DNA of 27,155 nucleotides, taken from the IMG/VR virus record IMGVR_UViG_3300017647_000014, positions 1 through 27,155 of that record, one strand, 5' to 3'. The notes under the pieces are model-generated. The model had not been told where the DNA came from. It worked only from the letters and a program-made list of their open reading frames with translations, and ran no database searches. The translations under genes and the position numbers were made by a program. Below, one piece after another: positions 1 through 6,951 of the stretch. Each line of letters starts with the position of its first letter. Within the stretch, counting starts at the first letter, position 1. The DNA comes from a virus (lineage: Duplodnaviria; Caudoviricetes).

Positions 1-25
1 CGAACGGTCACACGCCACCCCTATA

Positions 26-65
26 TAGGCAGATAGCTACATAGGCACGTAGCTACACAGCTACG
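26..65. repeat. 8-bp-period TAGCTA-NN array 1 (candidate ParG/centromere site)
   Basis: TAGGCA ga TAGCTA ca TAGGCA cg TAGCTA ca CAGCTA cg. Confidence 0.7.
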
Positions 66-124
66 GAAACGGGCCCGGGATCCACGGAACACCCATGGCA
101 GCACCCTCCCGGAGCACCTCACCA

Positions 125-286
125 AAGGTTGCGCTAAGTTTACATTCAGGTTGACACAGGCCCCAAAACACCCCGGAAGGCACCCAAAATACCTATTTTG
201 GACCCTCCAAATGTAAACCTGAAACCATCACTAGCGATGCCATTTCGGGCCAAAAGTTTACGCTAAGTTTCCCCTAAGTTGACACC
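125..286. repeat. Iteron-like AAGTTTAC/AGGTTGAC repeats with ~11-bp phasing
   Basis: aagtttacgct-aagtttcccct-aagttgacacc at 254-286; related units at 126, 136 and 148; inverted copy tgtaaacctg at 212-221. Confidence 0.45.
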
Positions 287-903
287 AAACAGGCAATTTC
301 AGCTTTTTCGGCCAAACAGACGCTCAACAGGCACAGAACAGCAGAAGAGGCACCGAAACAGGGAACTCACATAGAAGCTCATACAGCGCTTCCGACACGT
401 CAGCAGCACCCGAATATCAGAAAGCATATCGGCTCAAGCCCTCGAGCTTCCCTGAGCGAAAGAACGAACATCAGACCCTGCAAGGGAAAATACATATTCG
501 AGCGCATCAAAACGGAAACGGGGAATGAACGCATATGACGTCAGGCAGGAACCGACACAGGTATAGGAGTCGGCAGACAGATAGCGTCCGGTAGACAGGT
601 ATAGGCGTATGCGTGTGTGAGGGGAGAGATACGTAGAGGGTATGCCTGTATGAGAGGGAGAGAGGTAGAGGTGTGAAGGGACGTATAGGAGAGATAAGGA
701 AGGAATGAAGAAGGGGTGGTTGTGCTGAAGAAGGAGGGATGGTTGCGCGCCGCGGTTTCCCTACATCCACCCCGAAAATTCCACGGACCTCCTCGGCTAA
801 AACCCCTGCCCTCGGAACCCCACGGTCGACCATGGGCCTGGGCGATGTCGCAAAGCACGCAGGGGCTACTTCATCTCCACGCTCCCCGATGCTATACAAC
901 AAT

Positions 904-1036
904 CAACGATTTCGAGAGCGCAGGTCCGGAGCGCTCTTGTGAGCGGTTGCTCGCTTACTTCGTGTTGCTGAGACGGCCCACCCGGACAGCCGTCAAATTT
1001 AAAGGGTGTCTGCTTCGTGCAGCACCCTTTCTTTTT
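904..1036 (+). ncRNA. Candidate structured small RNA
   Basis: CTTCAT-N17-CTATAC promoter-like element (869-897), four consecutive hairpins (915-937, 939-954, 972-994, 1001-1030) and a T-tract ending at 1036. Confidence 0.4.
1001..1036 (+). terminator. Intrinsic terminator
   Basis: aaagggtg-t-ctgc/gcag-cacccttt stem followed by cttttt. Confidence 0.65.
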
Positions 1037-1077
1037 ATCCGGAAGAGACCTCAGAACGTCCCGGAAGCGTGTGAGTG

Positions 1078-1168
1078 AGGCAGGGGACAGAGGAGGTTTT
1101 TCAACTTATTAGTTGTATCTAATTATCTATGTAAAGGTATATATATTATAGTTATCGATGGCACGGGA
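1078..1168. other. AT-rich island flanked by copies of the arm of the 16101-16184 inverted repeat
   Basis: agttatcgatggcacggga (1150-1168) and aggcaggggaca (1078-1089) match the arm sequence at 16166-16186. Confidence 0.6.
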
Positions 1169-1467
1169 AGCGTAGTCAGGTTCTCTCCTCCGGGGCACTC
1201 TTTCACGCTGGTTCCGGATCAGATTCAGCCTCATTCCCGGATCAGACACCAGCCGTTCCGCGGCTTCCCATGGTTCTCCAAGGTTAACCTAGGTATTTCC
1301 GGCTCCGGCTAAGGTTTCGGCGGCTCCCACCTGCCCGCGGCCCTAATAACGTTCCTGCATCTCCATGATTTAACCCTGCCGACTTCTGCGCTCGTCTCGC
1401 GTATTGTCTAAACATCGAAAGCGAGATGCTTTCGACATAACAGCAACATGAAAGATGAGGTTCGAAA

Positions 1468-2346
1468 ATGTCTAAGAAGTCGCTCAAGAAGGCACAGGCT
1501 GTCATCGCTAAGACCGAGGTTGCACTTGTCGAGGACAACGACCTGGCTGCTCTGGAGGCTGAACTCGCAGCACAGGCACAGGCGGAAGCTGAGAAGGAAG
1601 CTCTGCTGAAGGCGGAAGAGGAAGCTAAGGCTAAGGCCGAGGCAGAAGCGAAGGCCCAAGCTGAGGCTGAGGCCAAGGCCCAGGCCGAAGAGGAAGAGGC
1701 CATCGCAAGCTTCGTTCCCGGCGAGATGAAGTCGCTGATCGCGAACATCACACCGGAGCAGGCAAAGCAGAAGGCAGAGGAGATCGCTGCGGAGCTGAGC
1801 GCGCGCCTTGAGTTCGAGATTGCGACCGGTCATGTCGGTCCATCGGTCAAGCGCTCGATTGAGAACGCGCAGCGGGATCTTACTCAGATCGGTATCGCGC
1901 AGGTGCTTGCGGCGATCGACTTCGATGCCTCGATCATCAACCGCTCTGTCTCTGTCGGTAAGCGGTTCAACGTCTACGCGCTCGACAAGATCAGGGGTCT
2001 TGCACAGGCGCTCGGCGGTAAGATCTTCACGAACGCCTTCGACCGGGCGATCGTCAAGTCGATGCTGAACCTGAAAGAGCAGGGCATGAAGGACGTGCCC
2101 GGAACGCTGATCGAGGCAGCTTGCTCGGACAAGGTTCGTCTCGAGGGCTCGGACGTGAAGTGGGGCAAGCACCTGGCACGTCACACGGTCGCAGCGAACA
2201 CGATGCCGACGCAAAAGTCCTCGTCGCTCGCCGCACTGAGCGCGCTCGGGATCGTCACGTCGAACGGCATGAAGGGCAAGAACGCGACTTACCGTCTGAC
2301 CGACACGCCTCAGACGCGTCACCTTGCTGACATCCTTGCAGCTTGA
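1468..2346 (+). CDS. Hypothetical phage protein with an Ala/Glu/Lys-rich N-terminus and a C-terminal winged-helix-like domain; paralogue of 4707..5285
   Basis: 292-aa ORF, GAGG RBS, downstream terminator; shared motifs YALDK, IEAACS and TQKSSSLAALSALGI. Confidence 0.85.
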   Translation: MSKKSLKKAQAVIAKTEVALVEDNDLAALEAELAAQAQAEAEKEALLKAEEEAKAKAEAEAKAQAEAEAKAQAEEEEAIASFVPGEMKSLIANITPEQAKQKAEEIAAELSARLEFEIATGHVGPSVKRSIENAQRDLTQIGIAQVLAAIDFDASIINRSVSVGKRFNVYALDKIRGLAQALGGKIFTNAFDRAIVKSMLNLKEQGMKDVPGTLIEAACSDKVRLEGSDVKWGKHLARHTVAANTMPTQKSSSLAALSALGIVTSNGMKGKNATYRLTDTPQTRHLADILAA

Positions 2347-2357
2347 GGGGAAGAAGG

Positions 2358-2383
2358 AGCGCTCTTCGGAGCGCTTTTTCTTT
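2358..2383 (+). terminator. Intrinsic terminator
   Basis: agcgctc-TTCG-gagcgct followed by T-tract. Confidence 0.85.
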
Positions 2384-2679
2384 GGGCGCGTGTGAGGGTT
2401 CGGGAACGGATTACGTCAAGGGACTTGCCGGCGGGGAATGGACAGGTCTTGGCCCAGGGGAATGGATAGCTCCGGGCATGGGTGCGGATGAAGCTCGGGG
2501 AAGGCACAGGGGACGGTATAGGGGCGCAGGGAACGGGTTCGGGTTCCGGGGTGTGCCAGATCCTTCACCGCCCCCGAAAGCCGCCACAGACCCCTGCAAA
2601 TCCGCAAGAGATCCCTGCCGCAACCCTGCGAGTGCTCTGCGATGATGAATCATCAGCAACACATAAGGGAGCAAAGCTC

Positions 2680-2988
2680 ATGATGACCTACGAAGAAGCA
2701 GCAGCGGTTCGCACCTACAGCGACGCAGAGATCGGCACGCTATGGGACGCGTTCCTGTCGATCGTGCCCGACGAGTGCAACCTCGACACGAAGGTGCAGC
2801 GGGATCTGCTCTTTGCCCTGTGCAAGACAGCACCCTACTGCCGGGAAACTGAGTTCCCTGACGGGACGATCGAGCTCGTAGGGCGCTTCCCTGACACGCG
2901 AGGGTGCTACGTCGAAATCCTCGTCCCGCTTGAGGGATACGGGCGCGAAGCGTGTATGCACGATGCTTCAGCTGAGGAATGGGCTTAA
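2680..2988 (+). CDS. Hypothetical protein (102 aa)
   Basis: Start moved to ATG 2680 after the GGGAG RBS; hairpin at 2994-3012 follows the stop. Confidence 0.75.
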   Translation: MMTYEEAAAVRTYSDAEIGTLWDAFLSIVPDECNLDTKVQRDLLFALCKTAPYCRETEFPDGTIELVGRFPDTRGCYVEILVPLEGYGREACMHDASAEEWA

Positions 2989-2993
2989 GCATG

Positions 2994-3014
2994 GAAAGGG
3001 CAGTGCCCTTTCTT
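2994..3014 (+). terminator. Probable terminator hairpin
   Basis: gaaagggca-g-tgccctttc just after the stop at 2988. Confidence 0.55.
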
Positions 3015-3211
3015 GTGGTGCGCGTTCAGGGTTCGGGATCGGGTTCGGGAGCCGCCGCGCGGCCCACAGGGGCTCGCTGAGGCTCTTCCAGGCCCTGCCG
3101 GCCACCCTACCCCACTCCGGCCGCCCATGGCCCTCCACGGCCTTCCTAGGCCCGGCCCTGAGCACTTTCCGGCCACCTAGTCGCAGAACCCTGCCGCAAC
3201 CCTGCGCGTGA

Positions 3212-3227
3212 GTTAGTAAGCTCTAAC
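3212..3227. promoter_or_regulatory. Operator palindrome (GTAAGT-N4-ACTTAC family)
   Basis: GTTAGT AAGC TCTAAC upstream of ORF 3254. Confidence 0.6.
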
Positions 3228-3253
3228 TATCGCAATACAGCAAGGAGCTTCAC

Positions 3254-3388
3254 ATGCGCACCCGTTCTGAAATCAAGCGTCAGCTTTCCCTCTACGCGCA
3301 AGACCTCGCCGGGGCAGCCGTGCTCATCGCCCTGATGTTCGCGTGTGCCTATCTGCTCGACAAAGCGACCGTCGCGCTGCCTGTATAA
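3254..3388 (+). CDS. Small single-pass membrane protein (44 aa; not in ORF track)
   Basis: AAGGAG RBS; MRTRSEIKRQLSLYAQDLAGAAVLIALMFACAYLLDKATVALPV. Confidence 0.7.
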   Translation: MRTRSEIKRQLSLYAQDLAGAAVLIALMFACAYLLDKATVALPV

Positions 3389-3401
3389 CCCTGCCGACTG
3401 A

Positions 3402-3447
3402 TAGCTAGATAGCTACTAAGCTAGAAACGTAGATAGCTACATAGGAG
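3402..3447. repeat. 8-bp-period TAGCTA array 2
   Basis: TAGCTA ga TAGCTA ct AAGCTA ga AACGTA ga TAGCTA ca TAGGAG, overlapping the RBS of ORF 3454. Confidence 0.7.
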
Positions 3448-3453
3448 CAACAC

Positions 3454-3789
3454 ATGTCGATCAAGCTTCACACGAACTCGAAGATCATCGCTGCGGCACG
3501 CGAACTCGATCTGATCACTGCTGCGGAATCTGTCACGCGAGACGCGGAAAAGCCTGCAACGCTGCGTCTGAGGGCATTACGCGTCTATAGGGAAGCAGTC
3601 GCGCGCTTTCAGCACATCAAGGGGCAGTGCGAGCTTTCTGTCGAGGATTTCAACGAGCAAGTGCAGAAGGCATTTGAGCATCTGAAGGCTGAACGCAAGG
3701 CTCTGCTTCAGGCTATGCGCGAGCGTCGTGAGCGAGAGCAGGCTGAGCGTGAGGCACTGATGCAGGAGCTTGCAGCAATCAGCGCATAG
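3454..3789 (+). CDS. Hypothetical helical/coiled-coil protein (111 aa)
   Basis: AGGAG RBS, ATG start, downstream terminator. Confidence 0.8.
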   Translation: MSIKLHTNSKIIAAARELDLITAAESVTRDAEKPATLRLRALRVYREAVARFQHIKGQCELSVEDFNEQVQKAFEHLKAERKALLQAMRERREREQAEREALMQELAAISA

Positions 3790-3797
3790 GGTCTGAG

Positions 3798-3830
3798 AGC
3801 GCGCTCTGCACGGGGCGCGCTTTCGCGTTT
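3798..3830 (+). terminator. Intrinsic terminator
   Basis: agcgcgctc/gggcgcgct stem followed by a T-rich tail. Confidence 0.65.
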
Positions 3831-4081
3831 CTGCGATTCAGGGTTCGGGATCGGGGTCGGGGAATGGCGCCACTAAAGGGCTCCGCGGTATGGCAGCAGG
3901 GAACGGGAACGGGGTCGGGGAACGGCTTAGGATCAAGGGATCCGTGGACCGGGCAGCTCCACGGTGGCGGACCAGGGGACGGGGCAGGTTTTCGTGAAGC
4001 GCCTGCCCTCGCCTTCCCCGAGCTTCCCGACGCGTCTGCCGGGACTGCCTGAACCGATCCCGTCCCCTGCCCTTCAGCCAC

Positions 4082-4112
4082 AAAAACCCCGCCTCATGCT
4101 CCGGGCGGGGTT
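4082..4112 (-). terminator. Intrinsic terminator for ORFs 4335..4460 and 4119..4331
   Basis: aaccccgcc/ggcggggtt stem; A5 on the + strand is the U-tract on the - strand. Confidence 0.75.
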
Positions 4113-4118
4113 CTCGTT

Positions 4119-4331
4119 TCAGTCGATCGGCGGAAGTGGCGTTATGGGCTCACACACGGCGCGCTGGGCAATGGTGAGCCCATTGGGGAGCGTCTGGGCA
4201 AATTCCGCGTAGGTGGACGCGTAGGACTCGCATTGCTCCCGGGTCAGATGAGCGTCCAGCCCGTGCCATTCTTCGCTCGTCGCCCCGTTGGGGTTCGTGA
4301 ATGTGAGGATGAGGTAGAGCGCGTAGAGCAT
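4119..4331 (-). CDS. Small protein with a hydrophobic N-terminus and two Cys (70 aa)
   Basis: ATG 3 nt after the upstream ORF stop; terminator follows. Confidence 0.65.
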   Translation of the reverse strand: MLYALYLILTFTNPNGATSEEWHGLDAHLTREQCESYASTYAEFAQTLPNGLTIAQRAVCEPITPLPPID

Positions 4332-4334
4332 GGG

Positions 4335-4460
4335 TTACACGCGGTGCAGTCGGGCATAGAACTGGGTTGCCAGGACGAACCAGGGCGTTACGATGAGCGT
4401 GCCGCAACGGTCGCGACGATACTCAAATGGACGGTTCAGGACGTTTCGACGGAGCAGCAT
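4335..4460 (-). CDS. Small hypothetical protein (41 aa; not in ORF track)
   Basis: GGGGA RBS; MLLRRNVLNRPFEYRRDRCGTLIVTPWFVLATQFYARLHRV; stop abuts the next ATG. Confidence 0.5.
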   Translation of the reverse strand: MLLRRNVLNRPFEYRRDRCGTLIVTPWFVLATQFYARLHRV

Positions 4461-4513
4461 GGTGGAATCCCCGATTAGGTATGGATCGACTTTTGGGTTG
4501 GCAGACACCGATG

Positions 4514-4610
4514 TGGGACGCGCCGGGTGTATCGCGATAACATTTATCGCTATACATAAGCCTGGGACGCGCCGGGCATATCGCGATAACTGTTATTGCT
4601 ATACATAAGC
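4514..4610. repeat. Tandem 48-bp direct repeat (43/48 identical) with internal palindromes
   Basis: Units 4514-4561 and 4563-4610, each with TATCGCGATA and GCGATAA-N3-TTATYGC. Confidence 0.9.
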
Positions 4611-4666
4611 GCAAGCTGATTTAGCGTTTGCTCCTTCAGTATCTGCTAGATTAGTGCTTTTTCTTT

Positions 4667-4695
4667 GTAGCGCGTGCTTTGTTAGCACGCGCTAC
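4667..4695. other. Perfect 12-bp hairpin just 3' of the GG/CC-free gene
   Basis: gtagcgcgtgct-ttgtt-agcacgcgctac; followed on the sense (-) strand by an A-rich rather than U-rich tract. Confidence 0.7.
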
Positions 4696-4706
4696 GCTCG
4701 ATTTAC

Positions 4707-5285
4707 TTAAGCTGCTTCTGCTGCTTTCGTAGTATCTATGTTAAATACTTTACAGATACGTTCAGCAATCTCATTAAGATTGACGATATAAGCGTCTTTT
4801 TCTACGTCACATGCTTTGATAATGTTCAGCGTCTTCAAAGCATCAAGCGACGATTGCTTTTGTGCATTAGTTGTCGACGTTGCTTTGTGCGTCTTGCGCT
4901 TGTAAACAAGATGCTTTCGTTCGTCTGATACTTCGCTAGATGCGCTGCAAGCTTGCTCAATATCGCGATAGTAAAGCTTCGCGTCATGACGATAGCAATT
5001 GATTGCAGTGCGAAAAGCAGCGTGCATCATGACGTTGTTAAGCGCGTCTTTGTGATTGATGATCAGCGCTGCAAAGCGAATTGCTTTTTCGCTTGCATAG
5101 ATTGCACGTGCAAATCTTGTTTCGTCAACGTCGCAGCGCTCGAACATGTTCGCGACTTCGCTATGAGCGCAAATGTCGCGCATTTTTTGAAGCTTCTTCA
5201 GATTAGCTTCGCTTACATTGTCAATCTTTGCAGCTTCAATGCGCTCGATAAGTGCAGCGTGATACTTATTCGTTTCGTTAGTCAT
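4707..5285 (-). CDS. Gly/Pro/Trp-free protein (192 aa from ATG 5285; 210 aa from TTG 5339) encoded by GG/CC-free DNA; winged-helix-like C-terminus
   Basis: Long ORF; visible homology to the C-terminal domain of 1468..2346; ATG 5285 preferred because an operator palindrome occupies 5320-5339. Confidence 0.85.
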   Translation of the reverse strand: MTNETNKYHAALIERIEAAKIDNVSEANLKKLQKMRDICAHSEVANMFERCDVDETRFARAIYASEKAIRFAALIINHKDALNNVMMHAAFRTAINCYRHDAKLYYRDIEQACSASSEVSDERKHLVYKRKTHKATSTTNAQKQSSLDALKTLNIIKACDVEKDAYIVNLNEIAERICKVFNIDTTKAAEAA

Positions 5286-5319
5286 TTCGTTAATCGCTTT
5301 CTTGTTTCGCGTTGCTTGT

Positions 5320-5339
5320 TTGTCAGTGCTTACTGACAA
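5320..5339. promoter_or_regulatory. Operator palindrome upstream of the GG/CC-free gene
   Basis: ttGTCAGT GCTT ACTGACaa (minus strand GTCAGT AAGC ACTGAC). Confidence 0.7.
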
Positions 5340-5543
5340 TCTTGTTCTATGCGATGTCTTACGAAATTACGATAGCTAAGTAGGGGATGCCTTCAGTGCC
5401 CACCGCTATACCTGGACCTATCCTCCTCTATCGCTGCTCCATGCTCCGGAGCTCGAGGATTGATTCCCAGGCACACGCACTCCTCCTCCCCGGCCGGATG
5501 GATCGGGGATTCCTAACCTCCTCTGTTGTCTGCCCGGTGGATG

Positions 5544-5583
5544 TAGCTGCCTAGCTGGATAGCTACGTGGCTATGTGCCTAGA
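5544..5583. repeat. 8-bp-period TAGCTA array 3
   Basis: TAGCTG cc TAGCTG ga TAGCTA cg TGGCTA tg TGCCTA ga. Confidence 0.7.
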
Positions 5584-5590
5584 TGGTGAT

Positions 5591-5610
5591 AAGTAAGGAT
5601 TGACTTACTT
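5591..5610. promoter_or_regulatory. Operator palindrome upstream of the anti-defence operon
   Basis: aaGTAAGG ATTG ACTTACtt. Confidence 0.75.
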
Positions 5611-5659
5611 CCGCGTGACGGTAGGATTTCTCTCAACGAATTGCGGAGCTTGACCCCCT

Positions 5660-5965
5660 TTGCCGAGCGACCACCCTACCGAAGACGCCTTCCAGCTTCC
5701 CCTGTTTGACGATGACCAGCCTGTGCATCAGGGCCTGCCTGTAGCGGGCTACCAGGCGCAGAAGGACTGGGCCGTTTCCCTGGTCAACGACAACAAGCGC
5801 CTCGAGGAGCAGGTGCTGCGTCAGATCGACTTCCACAAGGCCGGACCTCATGCGCAGGACATTGACCAGCGCGCCGTCGCTTTGGCGCTGACGAAGGTTC
5901 AGGAAGCTTTCATGTGGCTCAACCGTGCTGTTTTCCAGCCGAAGCGTCTGGAGGGCGAGCTGTGA
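5660..5965 (+). CDS. acb2: Acb2/Tad1-family cyclic-nucleotide sponge (anti-CBASS-like)
   Basis: VAGYQ..LVNDNK..IDQRAVALALTKVQEAFMWLNRAVFQP matches the Acb2 pattern GY..N..K..R..A.A.T..Q..M...RA..QP; start codon uncertain (TTG). Confidence 0.75.
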   Translation: MPSDHPTEDAFQLPLFDDDQPVHQGLPVAGYQAQKDWAVSLVNDNKRLEEQVLRQIDFHKAGPHAQDIDQRAVALALTKVQEAFMWLNRAVFQPKRLEGEL

Positions 5966-6231
5966 GCACGATCAAAACCGAAGAGCCGCGCAAGGTCACT
6001 GTCACCTTCAACGATGACAGCCAGCTCGACTACGAGAACGTCATCCATGTGGAGCGCACGCAGCACGAATACCTGATCTACCAGACCGATCGCATGAGCC
6101 GGCTGAACCCGGACTTCGTGATCGCCATTACCGACCACAAGGCCCATATACCAGTGCGAATTACCTGGGCAGGGCAGCCGCGTGGGCCGCTGATGCCTGG
6201 TGCTGCGCTGGGAGGCCCCTATGCGGTGTGA
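5962..6231 (+). CDS. Hypothetical protein (89 aa)
   Basis: GTG start overlaps the upstream stop (GTGA); GGAGGG RBS. Confidence 0.7.
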   Translation: MSTIKTEEPRKVTVTFNDDSQLDYENVIHVERTQHEYLIYQTDRMSRLNPDFVIAITDHKAHIPVRITWAGQPRGPLMPGAALGGPYAV

Positions 6232-6406
6232 AATCCAGCGCAACGAGGCGTCTGAGCCGGTGGTCTACGAGAACGCGATCAACGCCTACACGAAGGGTCC
6301 GCTCTACTGCGTGCTCTTCCTCAAGGACGGCAAGCACACCGTCCACAAATACCCCCTGAGCTCGATCTTCCGCGTGATCGAGGAATACCCTGAGAGCAAA
6401 CGATGA
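6221..6406 (+). CDS. Hypothetical protein (61 aa)
   Basis: GGAGG RBS, ATG 6221; stop overlaps the next ATG. Confidence 0.75.
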   Translation: MRCEIQRNEASEPVVYENAINAYTKGPLYCVLFLKDGKHTVHKYPLSSIFRVIEEYPESKR

Positions 6407-6930
6407 CGGTTATCGTCTACGCCAACGGCGTCATGGCGGCCGACACCCGAGCCTATTCGGGTGAATCGACGCCGATCGGCCACAAGCAAAAGATCCACCG
6501 CCTGAGTGATGGCAGCCTGTTTGGCGCCTCCACTACCAAGCCCGGCCTTGCTGAAGCTTTTGCCAGGTGGCTCGAGACCGGCATGGCCGGCGAGCCGCCG
6601 AAGGACATCGACATGAAGGGCCTGTGGGTGCGCCCTTCTGGCGAGGTCTTCCTGTTTATGAACTCGCATGAGCCATCTGGACCGCTGGTCGGGCCGTTCT
6701 TCGCCGTCGGCTCCGGTGAGCAGTATGCGCTGGGTGCTCTGTCGCTGGGTGCTGATGCCGTAAAGGCCGTCGAGGTTGCCTGTCTGCACGATCCCTGGTG
6801 CGCGGCGCCGGTCATGCGTCTGTCGCTCGATCCGAGCCTGGATATGCCGGCTGCGCCTGAATCTGAGGCAATAGCTGAAAACGGATCTGAGGATGTAGCT
6901 GCATCCGCAGATGATGGTGTAGCTGAGTAG
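6403..6930 (+). CDS. Phage HslV/proteasome-beta-like Ntn peptidase
   Basis: N-terminal Thr (M-T-VIVY), MAADTR, AVGSG..ALGAL..GADAVKAVEVA..D motifs. Confidence 0.8.
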   Translation: MTVIVYANGVMAADTRAYSGESTPIGHKQKIHRLSDGSLFGASTTKPGLAEAFARWLETGMAGEPPKDIDMKGLWVRPSGEVFLFMNSHEPSGPLVGPFFAVGSGEQYALGALSLGADAVKAVEVACLHDPWCAAPVMRLSLDPSLDMPAAPESEAIAENGSEDVAASADDGVAE

Positions 6931-6951
6931 CTAGGTAGCTATATGGTTAGA
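6920..6951. repeat. 8-bp-period TAGCTA array 4
   Basis: TAGCTG ag TAGCTA gg TAGCTA ta TGGTTA ga; in-phase TAGCTG also at 6872 and 6896. Confidence 0.7.

Noticed and set aside
507-1078. ORFs 507..902, 541..858, 716..1078 and 739..942
   Set aside because: Low-complexity translations of a purine-skewed non-coding region; no convincing RBS or phage-like codon usage
2343-4212. Gly/Pro-rich ORFs across the G-run spacers, including the 2482 start extension
   Set aside because: Artefacts of GGGWWC repeats; they cross terminators and lack an RBS
4514-4610. Possible CRISPR mini-array
   Set aside because: Only two units separated by 1 nt; no spacer and no cas genes
4423-4635. 63-aa minus-strand ORF with AGGAG at 4631-4635
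   Set aside because: TTG start is 16 nt from the SD and the ORF translates the 48-bp DNA repeat; possibly a decayed start
4634-5383. Simple low-GC horizontally acquired island or sequencing artefact as the explanation for GG/CC absence
   Set aside because: GC and CG dinucleotides are abundant, AA/TT runs are intact, the ORF is open, and it carries the element's own operator and has a native paralogue
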